In this document: positions 1 to 8,845 of the stretch, piece by piece
Position numbering within the stretch: the first letter of the stretch is position 1
Layout: each line of letters starts with the position of its first letter
Source of the DNA: Verrucomicrobiota bacterium
GTDB lineage: Bacteria; Verrucomicrobiota; Verrucomicrobiia; Limisphaerales; J093
Length of the DNA: 64,000 nucleotides
Direction: 5' to 3'
Assembly (NCBI GenBank): GCA_022710935.1
Contig: JAKLFY010000014.1
Location: forward strand, 31,041-95,040
The notes under the pieces: model-generated
Seen by the model: the letters and a program-made list of their open reading frames with translations, nothing else
The model's database searches: none
Told to the model about the DNA's origin: nothing
Made by a program: the position numbers and the translations under genes

Positions 1-137
1 CAAACCACAGTTCAATCCGTATGGGCTGGGGCGATGATCTGGGGATGGACTTTGGGGGTGGACAGGCGTTCCGGAACGAGCCTAAGCTGGCCGCGTTGAC
101 ACCTTTAAGCCGCATATTTCACGCCCCTTCGGTGCAC

Positions 138-2630
138 ATGGCGGTCAGACCTCGCAGGATGGCTGCTATGCGGGGAAGAGGCGTCCGCGGCGGGCGGGGG
201 CGTTGGTTCTCGATCCTGGCGTTGGCCTGCGCCGCGCTGGTCGGCGAGGCGGCCCAACCGCCGGCGTCCGCGGTGCCGGATTCTCCCGAGCTGAAGGCGC
301 GGGTGATGCGGGGCGAGTTGGGATTCACGCGCCTGCTCCTGCTGCAGCGGCGTCCGATCACTCCGAGCCACGTCTACACATATCACTGCGAGGGGTTGCA
401 GCCGGGCGGGGGTTTGCTTGTTCTCGACCTGGGCACGGGCGCTCTGACCCGGCTGTTGGATTCGTCCCAGGGTGTGCTGCTGGACTGCGAACTGTCCTAC
501 GACGGACGCGAGATCGTGCTGAGCTGGATGGCGGACATGCAGCGGTTCCAGGTTTACCGGATGAACGTGGACGGGACGGGCCTGAAGCAGTTGACCGAGG
601 GCGACGCGTACAACTTCAACGCCTGCTGGCTGCCGGACGGCGGCATTGCCTTTCTCTCGACCCGGCGTTCGGCCTATGCCTATTGCTGGAGTTCTCCGGC
701 GGGCATCCTGCATCGGATGAACCGCGAGGGCGGGGAGGTCCGGCAGTTGTCGGCGAATTACCTGAATGATTTCACCCCGAGTGTGTTGCCTGACGGCAGG
801 ATCATCTACTCGCGCTGGGAATACGTGGATCGTCCGGCCATTCCCATCCAGAGCCTCTGGACGATCAACCCGGACGGGACCGGCCTGCGGATCTACTATG
901 GCAATCGCGTGCTGAGTCCGGCGACGTTTATGGAACCGCGCGCCATCCCGGGCAGCGTCAACATCCTGTGCCTGCTGACGGCCCACAACGGGCCGTGTCG
1001 AGGCGCGATTGGCGTGATCGACCGCCGGGAGGGCGTGAATGCGCAGGCGGCCATCCGGAACCTGACGCCGGAGGTGGGCATCGGCCGGGTCGAGGAGGGC
1101 GACGGTAATTTTGTCCATGGCCCGTACGAGAGCGCGCTGCCTCTCGACGACCGCTATTTTGTGGTTTCGCGGGACGGCGCATTGCTGATCCGCGACTACG
1201 CGGGCACGGAACAGGCGGTGGTGCTGGCGCGCGGAGACAGCCCGCTGGGGTCGTTCAACGCGCAACCGGTCCGCCCCCGTCCTCGCCCGGCGATCATCCA
1301 TCGAGACCTGGCGGTCGAGCGATCGAACGAGGTCTGGGCGACGCTCTACGTACAGGATGTCTATGCCGGGCTTGGGCCGGAGGTGGCGCGCGGCGAGATT
1401 GCGGAGATTCGGGTGGTCGAGGAAATCGCCAAGCCGGTGAGCGTGAGCCCCGACCGGCGGTTGTTTGGTTTCCAGTTCCCCGTGGTCTCGTGCGGGGCGA
1501 CGTACGCTCCCAAGAAGATCTGGGGATCGGCCCGAGTGGCGGCGGACGGATCGGCGGCTTTCCGGGTTCCGTCCGATGTGCCGCTGTACTTCATGGCGTT
1601 GGACGCCGAGGGGCGCGCGGTGCAGCGGATGCGCAGCTTCACTCACCTCAAGGCGGGTGAGGTCCAGGGGTGCGTGGGCTGTCATGAGGACCGGCGGATG
1701 GCTCAGGCGCGGGGGAGGCGGCCCGAGGCGCTTCGCCGGCCACCGCAGGAACTCGATCCGCCCGACTGGGGGGTCAAGGGTTTCAGCTACCTGGAAGTCG
1801 TGCAACCCGTCCTCGACCGGCATTGCGTCACCTGCCACAACGCGCGCGAGCATCCGCGCGGCGTCGACCTGAGCGGCGATCGGACGGACATTTTCAACGT
1901 TTCGTACGAGATTCTGGCCCGGAAAGGAACGCCGGCCGAGGACGCTCACCAAGGCGGTGCGGCGATGGCCGGTTTCCGCAATCCGTATACGAGCTGGATA
2001 CCGACCTACAACGGCACCGAGGAGAACATCCTGCAGATCCAGCCGCGCGCCTGGGGCTCGCCCGCGAGCAAATTGGCTCACCTGGTGCGCGCGGGTCATC
2101 CGGACGCGCAGGGCAAACCGCGGGTGGATCTGACGTCGGACGAGCGCTGTCGCATTTACGCCTGGATCGACTGCAACGTCCCATACTACCCGACGAGCGC
2201 GTCGCATGACCTCGAGATCCCGGGCTGCCGGCGGATCTATCCCCCCGAGTTGGACCGGGTGCTCGATGATGTTGCCCGCCGCCGCTGCGCCTCCTGCCAT
2301 CAGGAGGGGAAGATACCGCGCACGTTTTACACGCGAATCACGAATCCCCAGGCCAATGCGTTCCTCCTGGCGCCGCTCGCGAAGACGGCGGGGGGGACCG
2401 AGCGTTGCGGTCAGCCGACGTTCGCCTCGGCGGACGACCCGGACTACCGAGCGATCCTGAGGACTTTCGAGCCCGCGCTGCGCGCGCTCGAAGCGCGTCC
2501 CCGGCTGGACGTGGCCGAGGGCGAATCGGGCGGGGCGGAGGCGCGGCTGCAGCGGGAGACACCAGGGACGGTGCGGGGGATCGGGGAGGGTTGCGCCCGG
2601 GAACATCCTGGAGCGCCAACAAACGGCTGA
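138..2630 (+). CDS. Secreted TolB-like beta-propeller protein with three C-terminal CxxCH haem-c motifs (hydrazine-synthase-alpha-middle-domain-like / PVC cytochrome-c-domain family)
   Basis: Track ORF 21..2630. The ATG at 138 precedes an Arg-rich n-region and the hydrophobic FSILALACAALVGEAA signal-like segment. PD40-type blades are present (SYDGREIVLSW, MNVDGTGLKQLT, WLPDGGIAF, LPDGRIIYSRWEY, INPDGTGLRIYY). CVGCH, CVTCH and CASCH lie in the last 300 aa. Start is uncertain (138, 159 or 168). Confidence 0.75.
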   Translation: MAVRPRRMAAMRGRGVRGGRGRWFSILALACAALVGEAAQPPASAVPDSPELKARVMRGELGFTRLLLLQRRPITPSHVYTYHCEGLQPGGGLLVLDLGTGALTRLLDSSQGVLLDCELSYDGREIVLSWMADMQRFQVYRMNVDGTGLKQLTEGDAYNFNACWLPDGGIAFLSTRRSAYAYCWSSPAGILHRMNREGGEVRQLSANYLNDFTPSVLPDGRIIYSRWEYVDRPAIPIQSLWTINPDGTGLRIYYGNRVLSPATFMEPRAIPGSVNILCLLTAHNGPCRGAIGVIDRREGVNAQAAIRNLTPEVGIGRVEEGDGNFVHGPYESALPLDDRYFVVSRDGALLIRDYAGTEQAVVLARGDSPLGSFNAQPVRPRPRPAIIHRDLAVERSNEVWATLYVQDVYAGLGPEVARGEIAEIRVVEEIAKPVSVSPDRRLFGFQFPVVSCGATYAPKKIWGSARVAADGSAAFRVPSDVPLYFMALDAEGRAVQRMRSFTHLKAGEVQGCVGCHEDRRMAQARGRRPEALRRPPQELDPPDWGVKGFSYLEVVQPVLDRHCVTCHNAREHPRGVDLSGDRTDIFNVSYEILARKGTPAEDAHQGGAAMAGFRNPYTSWIPTYNGTEENILQIQPRAWGSPASKLAHLVRAGHPDAQGKPRVDLTSDERCRIYAWIDCNVPYYPTSASHDLEIPGCRRIYPPELDRVLDDVARRRCASCHQEGKIPRTFYTRITNPQANAFLLAPLAKTAGGTERCGQPTFASADDPDYRAILRTFEPALRALEARPRLDVAEGESGGAEARLQRETPGTVRGIGEGCAREHPGAPTNG

Positions 2631-2714
2631 AGGAATGGTCGAGGAGCAGAGGCGCGTCAAGCCGTCGGCCGCACGATCTGGTCGTGGGGCAAAAGGAAAC
2701 TGGGCCGCTGAGCC

Positions 2715-3515
2715 ATGACACCTCCGTTGCTTTCCTTCGCGTCGCCCGACCGCCATGCCGCGATTGCGGACATCATCCGAAGACGTTCGAGCAATCCGGC
2801 CGACATCCGGCGGATGGAATTCGCCGGTTTGGATTGGACGGCGATCTGCGAGGCGCTGGATCTCGGGTGCGGTTTCGGGTTGCCGGCGGGGCTTCTGGCC
2901 CGAGAGAGCGCTCCGGGCACCCGGATTGTGGGAGTCGATGCCTGCGCCGAGAACGGCGCCCCGTTCCTTGCGGCCGTCCGCGCCGCCGGGCGCCACGGGG
3001 CCTTCGAGTGTTTGCGGCTCGATCGGACGCTGCCCTGGCCGGATCGGCGGTTTGACCTCGTCGTGGCCGCCTACTCGCTGTATTACTTTGTTGACCTCTT
3101 GCCGGAGATCGCGCGCGTTTTGAGCCAAAGCGGGACCTTCGTGACGGTGACGCACAGCGAGACGACCTTCCGCGCTCTGTGCGAAGCCGCGGGGCTCGAC
3201 GCGTCTTCCAGTCCGCTGCGCAGGCTCCTGCGCGGATTCTGCGCCGAGAACGGGGCGGACCGGCTGGCGCCGTTCTTTGCGGACATCGAGCGCATCGAGT
3301 ACCCGAACACCTTGCGGTTCGAACCGGAGCACCTGTCGGAATTGCTGGACTACGCGGATTTCAAAATGCCCCTGTTGGCGGCCGAACGCGGCGTGTCCGA
3401 GGCGGTGCGCGCAGGCGTTCGGCAGCGTCTTGCCGCGCTGCTCAGGGGCGGGGGAGTCTTTGAGATGGACAAAAACGACGTTATTTTCAGGTGCCGCCGG
3501 CCCCACGCGCGATGA
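2715..3515 (+). CDS. Class I SAM-dependent methyltransferase
   Basis: ATG at 2715. Motif I ALDLGCGFG is followed by RIVGVDA and DLVVAAYSLYYF (motif II/III-like spacing). 266 aa. Confidence 0.8.
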   Translation: MTPPLLSFASPDRHAAIADIIRRRSSNPADIRRMEFAGLDWTAICEALDLGCGFGLPAGLLARESAPGTRIVGVDACAENGAPFLAAVRAAGRHGAFECLRLDRTLPWPDRRFDLVVAAYSLYYFVDLLPEIARVLSQSGTFVTVTHSETTFRALCEAAGLDASSSPLRRLLRGFCAENGADRLAPFFADIERIEYPNTLRFEPEHLSELLDYADFKMPLLAAERGVSEAVRAGVRQRLAALLRGGGVFEMDKNDVIFRCRRPHAR

Positions 3516-4531
3516 AGGCGCGCTACTGCAGCCAGTGCGGCCACGCGGTGACCACGCGCGAGGTGGCGGGACGCGCGCGCGAGGTGTGTGCGCAGTGCGG
3601 CACGGTCTTCTATCGGAATCCCCTGCCTGTGGCTGCATCGGTTGTGCTCGATCCGCGGCGCCGGGTGCTGCTGATTCAACGAAAGCACCCGCCGCGCCGC
3701 GGCCTCTGGTGCCTGCCGATGGGGTTCGCGGAGCTGGGGGAGACGATCGTCCACGCCGCCCGGCGCGAGCTGGCCGAGGAGGCGGGGATTCAAGGCCGCG
3801 CCACGCGCCTGCTCACCGCGGAGTCCGTGAAGATCAAGCCGTATGGCGATCTGTTGGTGATCAGCTTCGAGATCGAGAAGACGGGCGGGATCGAGGCGGC
3901 TGGCGATGACGCCCGGGATTGGGCGTATTTTCCGCTGGATGCGTTGCCGCGCATGGCCTTTGCCGCCAATCAGCGGGCCATTCGCCAATGCGTGCGGGCG
4001 CATCGGGAGCCGTGGGCGATTCAGGATTCGTTTCAGCACATGCAGCAGCAGACGCACGAGGCGATGCTGTCCGATTCCCTGGTCCGCCTGATCAGCCGGC
4101 ATGCGCGCGCGATCTGCGACGCCTGGCTGCGGGAAGTGCGGTCGCATCCGGCCACTCCGAGCTATGCGCGGGTGGCGCCGTCCTCTCTCCGGACGCGGGC
4201 AGTGCAGGCGCTGTCGCAGTTTTCGGGATGGCTCGCCAACGGCGAAGAGGGCGACGAGATCGGGCGCTTCTACCGGGCGCTCGGGGCCGAGCGCCGCCGG
4301 TTGGGTTTTGCGTTGAACGAGGTCCTTCGGTCGCTTGGGCTCCTGCGACGCCACATGTTGCGATACGCCCTGGACAGGGGCGTCTGGCATGGCGCTCTGG
4401 ATGCCTACACGGTCGTCGAACTCGATCACCGCATCATCGGGTTCTTCGACCAGGCCGTGTACCACGTTGCCTTGGGCTACGAAGAGGCCGAGAAAGACCG
4501 GGCTAGTCGGTCTCGAATGCGAACAGCGTGA
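3512..4531 (+). CDS. NUDIX hydrolase with N-terminal CxxC..CxxC zinc ribbon and a C-terminal helical sensor-like domain (RsbRD-N-like)
   Basis: The ATG at 3512 overlaps the upstream stop (ATGA). Zinc ribbon: CSQCG..CAQCG. Exact Nudix box: GFAELGETIVHAARRELAEEAGI (Gx5Ex7REUxEExGU). The last ~170 aa are all-helical (WLREV..GFALNEVLRSLGLLRRHML). Confidence 0.8.
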   Translation: MKARYCSQCGHAVTTREVAGRAREVCAQCGTVFYRNPLPVAASVVLDPRRRVLLIQRKHPPRRGLWCLPMGFAELGETIVHAARRELAEEAGIQGRATRLLTAESVKIKPYGDLLVISFEIEKTGGIEAAGDDARDWAYFPLDALPRMAFAANQRAIRQCVRAHREPWAIQDSFQHMQQQTHEAMLSDSLVRLISRHARAICDAWLREVRSHPATPSYARVAPSSLRTRAVQALSQFSGWLANGEEGDEIGRFYRALGAERRRLGFALNEVLRSLGLLRRHMLRYALDRGVWHGALDAYTVVELDHRIIGFFDQAVYHVALGYEEAEKDRASRSRMRTA

Positions 4532-6890
4532 TGCTGCAAGGCGCGAGCGTGATCTGTTCGCCCACTGATGGCACCTGCTGTTCCTCGATTACGACGCGTG
4601 GCGTTTGGTCGGGGTCGTTGAACGCCATCGGGTCCGCCCCGGCGATCTGCCAGCGCGTGCCGTGACCCTTGAGCCGGGCGCCCTGGATGCGGAGCGGGAC
4701 GGTTGCCGGTTCGAGGGTGGGATTGACCACGCCGAGCGTGAGCGTTTTACGGTCACGGCTCCAGGCCGCCTGGGCGTCGACCAGGCCGGTCGTTTGCGTG
4801 GCCACGGGCAGTTCGCCGAAGTGGTGCCGGTAGAGTTTGAGCACCAGGCCCGTGGTCTCGAACGCCGCGTTGCGGCGGCTTGTCTTGATTGCGCCGATGA
4901 CGTTGACCGTCTGCGCATAGAACGCGGAGCCCACGATGTCGCTTTGCCGGGCGTACTCGTGCACGCCCGCCGCGATGCCGAGGGCGTCCTTGAGAAAATA
5001 GCGCGTGCCCAACTCGCCGAAGACGTGGGGCCCGTACCAGTAGTTCCATTCGGTCATGGCGATGCGGATGTTCTTGCCCTTGAGTTCGGGCAGGTCCTGC
5101 CGCGCCTTCCGGTGCCACTCGGCTTTGCGCCGGATATTGTCCGGGATCTGGCGCACGTGGGCGGCCAGGCCGGGGCGCTCCTGACAGTAGAAATGCTCGG
5201 CGATGAAATCCATGTGGTCCGGGCTCGATTTCAGGAGGCCGGTGCTCCACGCGCCGATGTCGCCTGAGGCGATGCAGATGATTTTCGGATCGACCTCGCG
5301 CATCTTGTCGACGACCCAGTTTTGCTTGATCACGTAGTGGTCGAGGGCCATGTGTCCCAACTGCCAGGCTCCCCACATTTCGTTTCCGATGCCCCAGTAT
5401 TTCACTCCGAACGGTTCAGGCGCTCCGTTCTCGGCGCGACGGCGTCCCCAGTGGGTGTCGGGGGCCCCGTTGCAGTACTCGAGCTGGGCGGCTGCCGAGT
5501 AGGCGTCGCCGAAACCGGTGTTGACGGTGATCCAGGGCTCCGTGTCGATCAACCGGCAGAACCGGATGAACTCGTGCATGCCGAAGTCATTGTGCTCGAC
5601 GCCCGTCCAGGCCGGGTTGGTCCGGGGCGGACGCCGGTCGCGGTCGCCGATGCCGTCGCGCCAGTCGTAGCCGCTGACGAAATTGCCGCCCGGCCAGCGG
5701 TAGATGGGGGCTTTCAAATCCTTCAACAAGGCGAGTGTGTCGGCGCGCATTCCTTCGACGTTGTCGGCGGGCATGAGGGAGACCGTGCCGATCAGCGCCG
5801 CGCCTTCCTTGACGAGCAGTTCGAGCGTCGCCTTGTCGGTCGTCCCGCCAGCCGTGAAGGCGAATTCGAAGCGGCGGTAATCCGGGGCGTCGAGGGCCAC
5901 GGCTACCGTTCTCTTGGCCGCGGCGTCGTCCCCCCACGCGAGCGTGACATCGACCGACACACTCCGGCTGCCGTGGGGCTTGAGCCAAACGTAACCCGTG
6001 TAGCGTTTGCCCTGCGTCACCCCGAGGTCTTCCTGCCGGATGCCGGTGCCCGCCTTGACTTGGGGCGTGTGTCGTCCGGCAAACGGCTTTTCTCCGTTCA
6101 TGGAGACGCCGTCGGCCGCGCCAACGATGCGCCAGGGCGAGGCCCCGACCACCGGGAAGGCCGAATCGCGCAACGAGCGGTAGGGGCGATAGTCGGCGGT
6201 GATGGGGAAATAGAACTTCCTGTCTTCGAGCATTTCGGCCCAGATCCCCCCATAGATGCAGCGTCCCAGATGTTCGATGAACTGGCTGTAGATCTCGGGA
6301 GATAGCGGTTCCCGGACCTGGCCGGCATCGACGCTGATCTGGGGGGCGGGCGGATCCCGGCGGCTCAATTGGGCCAATTCGAGATCGTCATACCAGGCCT
6401 TGCCCGTGGCCTGGCCCCAGCCGCCCAGCAGACAGTTGATCTGGAGAAGGTGGTGGTCTTCGACGTCGAACTCGACCTCGACACGCGTCCAGTCCGTTGT
6501 TCCCGTCACGGCCTTCGTCGCCACGGTCTGAATCTCGTGCACGTTGAAGAGGGCGCCGCGTCCGCTCGCTGCCCGCACATTGTCCGTCTTGATCCAGCCC
6601 GAGAGGCGATAGCGGCTGAAGGGCTCAACCGGGACCGAAGCGCTCCAGGAGATGTCGGCTCCCGCGTCCGACGACAACATCACGCTGCGGTCGCCGGTGC
6701 GGGCTGCGTCCGCCACCCGAGCGGCTCCTTCGCCGCCCCAGACCTGCTGCCGCCAGCCCCTCGGACGCCCGCCCTGCATCTCCTCGAAGGAGTTGTTCGG
6801 GATCGGATTCCCCGCGGCCGCGAGCTGTGGATGCGCGAAGAGAAAGAGCAGAGCGGACCAGAGAAGACGGTTCAGTGCTTTCATGTTCAA
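4503..6890 (-). CDS. GH51-type alpha-L-arabinofuranosidase with N-terminal CBM4/9-like carbohydrate-binding module
   Basis: Signal peptide MNMKALNRLLWSALLFLFAHPQLAAA. CBM-like N-terminus (IPNNSFEE..GW..W). TIM-barrel core with YWGIGNEMWGAWQLGHM (GNE acid/base motif) and a C-terminal beta-sandwich. 795 aa. Confidence 0.85.
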   Translation of the reverse strand: MNMKALNRLLWSALLFLFAHPQLAAAGNPIPNNSFEEMQGGRPRGWRQQVWGGEGAARVADAARTGDRSVMLSSDAGADISWSASVPVEPFSRYRLSGWIKTDNVRAASGRGALFNVHEIQTVATKAVTGTTDWTRVEVEFDVEDHHLLQINCLLGGWGQATGKAWYDDLELAQLSRRDPPAPQISVDAGQVREPLSPEIYSQFIEHLGRCIYGGIWAEMLEDRKFYFPITADYRPYRSLRDSAFPVVGASPWRIVGAADGVSMNGEKPFAGRHTPQVKAGTGIRQEDLGVTQGKRYTGYVWLKPHGSRSVSVDVTLAWGDDAAAKRTVAVALDAPDYRRFEFAFTAGGTTDKATLELLVKEGAALIGTVSLMPADNVEGMRADTLALLKDLKAPIYRWPGGNFVSGYDWRDGIGDRDRRPPRTNPAWTGVEHNDFGMHEFIRFCRLIDTEPWITVNTGFGDAYSAAAQLEYCNGAPDTHWGRRRAENGAPEPFGVKYWGIGNEMWGAWQLGHMALDHYVIKQNWVVDKMREVDPKIICIASGDIGAWSTGLLKSSPDHMDFIAEHFYCQERPGLAAHVRQIPDNIRRKAEWHRKARQDLPELKGKNIRIAMTEWNYWYGPHVFGELGTRYFLKDALGIAAGVHEYARQSDIVGSAFYAQTVNVIGAIKTSRRNAAFETTGLVLKLYRHHFGELPVATQTTGLVDAQAAWSRDRKTLTLGVVNPTLEPATVPLRIQGARLKGHGTRWQIAGADPMAFNDPDQTPRVVIEEQQVPSVGEQITLAPCSITLFAFETD

Positions 6891-6976
6891 GTATTAGGCC
6901 TTGGGTGACGCGGTGTGTTTTTCCAAACAGTAGCTGGACTTCCCGACTGAGTTCAAGGCTGTCTAAGTCAAATCTC

Positions 6977-6994
6977 ATGTCGCGATCGCGACAT
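6977..6994. promoter_or_regulatory. Perfect 18-bp palindrome ATGTCGCGATCGCGACAT (candidate operator 1 upstream of the GH51 gene)
   Basis: Read directly from the sequence. Lies 87 nt upstream of the GH51 start (6890) in a 222-bp, comparatively AT-richer intergenic region. Confidence 0.5.
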
Positions 6995-7049
6995 AGAATC
7001 TGAACATCTCATCTGGCGATTCCATTCGGCCTCCCAGGTGTCACATTAC

Positions 7050-7066
7050 ATGTCGCGATCGCGACA
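7050..7066. promoter_or_regulatory. Second copy of the palindrome, ATGTCGCGATCGCGACA (candidate operator 2)
   Basis: 17 of 18 positions are identical to the copy at 6977..6994. Centre-to-centre spacing is 73 bp (about 7 helical turns). Confidence 0.5.
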
Positions 7067-7112
7067 CGAAATCCGGCGTTTGCTCTGGTCTTGGCCTGTC
7101 AACTGAGCCGGG

Positions 7113-8315
7113 TCATTGTCGCGGGAAGTTCCGCAGCAGGGCTGCCGTTGCGGCTGTCATGCCCTGGCCGTAGCGGGTGGGATCGAGGACCTTGAAGCGA
7201 CGCACTGTCTTCGAATCCGGTCCCGAGCCGCAACGGACCTCGGCGTTGTCGCTGATGCTCAAGTCGACATCCTCGAACGCGAAGAGAAGTCCGGAGGGCA
7301 ATGACTGGGCGGGCCGGGATGGAAGCTCGAGGAACCGGACGCCGGCATCAGGCTCGAAGGCCACGCCTTGTCCCGCGAGCGTGACGAACACGGCCGCGCA
7401 CCAGAGGTTGCGCTTCATGTCGAACAGTCTGTTTCGGCGGGCGGGGTCGGGTGACTGTTCGAGGAAGGCCAGCGGATCGGACGTCCCTTTTTCGAGCGCG
7501 TAGAGGAAGTACTGCACCAGGCCGTCCGGCGCATGGCCCAGCAGGTCGGCATGACTCGCCTGCCAGAACGATGCGCGCCCCTGGTTTTTCCATGGCCCGC
7601 CATCGAAACATGGCACCCAATCGATCGGCAGAGCGGATCGCATGAGTCCGATGAAGGCCTGGGGATCGAGTCCGACATTGTGCTCCCGGAAATCGGCCTT
7701 TGACGCTTCGCCAATGAAACACAAGACCCTGCTGATCTTCCGACTGCAGAGCGCGGGGTGTCGGTTGAATGCCGCCACGACGTCGCGCGCGCTGCCGACG
7801 GTTACGAGCGCGACCGGTTGGGGCGACGCTTCGAGGGTGTCGAGAATCAGCCGCACGCCCTCCTGCCCATCGGCGTCCTGATCCAGGGCCTTGTCGTCGG
7901 GCGATCTCAGCTTGTCCGGCAAACCGACCGCCACCGGGACGCGACGCCCGGTGAGCCGGTTGAGCTGAGACACGGGGATTCGCCCGGGCCGGTGCCTTTG
8001 CGTGGCGCCTTGATCGAGGACGATGCCCTTGAGATCAATGCCCGGGACCGCATAGAGCACGGCCAGGTCGAAGTGATCGTCCGGGTCGTCGTGCGGATGG
8101 AAGAGATCGGTCGAGTAAAGGACGGGTTGGGCGCCGCGACTCCAGAGAGGGAGCAGGACCATCGCCAGGACGACAGCCAGCCACCGCGCCACCGTTGCAG
8201 CGCCGCGGTCAGTGGCGGGGCGGCGTGTGGCGATCCACAGCCCCGCTCCGTCCTGTCGCATTCCCCTGGTCGAATCGGGGGAGACAGATCGCGATCGTGT
8301 CGGTCGCAGGTTCAT
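7113..8315 (-). CDS. Membrane-anchored or secreted nucleoside-hydrolase-fold (IUNH-like) protein
   Basis: ATG at 8315 (MNLRPT). Hydrophobic anchor WLAVVLAMVLLPLW. N-terminal acidic cluster STDLFHPHDDPDDHFDLAVL resembles the DxDxxxDD metal/ribose site of nucleoside hydrolases. The track ORF extends to 8561, but that extension is Arg/Pro-rich junk. Confidence 0.5.
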   Translation of the reverse strand: MNLRPTRSRSVSPDSTRGMRQDGAGLWIATRRPATDRGAATVARWLAVVLAMVLLPLWSRGAQPVLYSTDLFHPHDDPDDHFDLAVLYAVPGIDLKGIVLDQGATQRHRPGRIPVSQLNRLTGRRVPVAVGLPDKLRSPDDKALDQDADGQEGVRLILDTLEASPQPVALVTVGSARDVVAAFNRHPALCSRKISRVLCFIGEASKADFREHNVGLDPQAFIGLMRSALPIDWVPCFDGGPWKNQGRASFWQASHADLLGHAPDGLVQYFLYALEKGTSDPLAFLEQSPDPARRNRLFDMKRNLWCAAVFVTLAGQGVAFEPDAGVRFLELPSRPAQSLPSGLLFAFEDVDLSISDNAEVRCGSGPDSKTVRRFKVLDPTRYGQGMTAATAALLRNFPRQ

Positions 8316-8341
8316 AGGGCTTTCGTTGCGCTTGATCCGGC

Positions 8342-8845
8342 TCACGTCTCCGTGTCTTGGGTGGGGCGGTGATCGTCCTTTTCGTCCGGCGCGGCCTGTG
8401 GACACGCCGGGCCGATTTGTCTCACGAGGCGGGTGATGACATCCACGGCGGCGGAGACGCCGCGCTGGGCGGCGGGGGAGAGGGGATGTCCGAGTTCGAT
8501 GGTCTCGACCTGCACCTTGACCATCCACGCCGATGGGCTTGCGCCAAACACGGCCTGGCAAAGGGCGAGCAGCGACTCGGGATCTCCCAGATGCCCGAGG
8601 GGCTGTCGCAAATCCAGCGGCTGGCAGGGTGCGACCTCGACTTGTCCGGCCGGGCCGTCGAGGGCGGCATCGACGAAGATCGCGGCGGACGCTTGCGACA
8701 CGAGTTCCGCGAGTTCGGGGGTCAGTTGCGTGAGGGCGAGGACTTGTGTGTCCGGCAGGCGCAACTCGGCCAGAGCCCGGGCGACCAGGGGGCCGACGGC
8801 GTCGTCGCCGCGCAACTCATTGCCATAGCCGATCAGGAGGATCAT
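8342..8845 (-). CDS. Hydrogenase maturation endopeptidase family protein (HycI/HyaD/HybD-like), orphan
   Basis: MILLIGYGNELRGDDAVGPLVA matches the GNxxxGDDGxGP N-terminal motif. IFVDAALDGPAGQV and the later GHLGD supply the Asp and His metal ligands. The ATG at 8845 overlaps the upstream TGA (ATGA). 167 aa. Confidence 0.7.
   Translation of the reverse strand: MILLIGYGNELRGDDAVGPLVARALAELRLPDTQVLALTQLTPELAELVSQASAAIFVDAALDGPAGQVEVAPCQPLDLRQPLGHLGDPESLLALCQAVFGASPSAWMVKVQVETIELGHPLSPAAQRGVSAAVDVITRLVRQIGPACPQAAPDEKDDHRPTQDTET

Noticed and set aside
105-3638. 1177-aa ORF on the minus strand spanning three plus-strand genes
   Set aside because: Its composition is Arg/Pro/Gly/Ala-rich and low-complexity, with no recognisable motif. 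It is antisense to three well-supported genes. Long stop-free antisense frames are expected in high-GC DNA. The same reasoning applies to 17986..20895(-), 13483..14859(-), 36664..38367(-), 39172..40764(-), 47422..48468(-), 59506..61344(-) and similar track ORFs.
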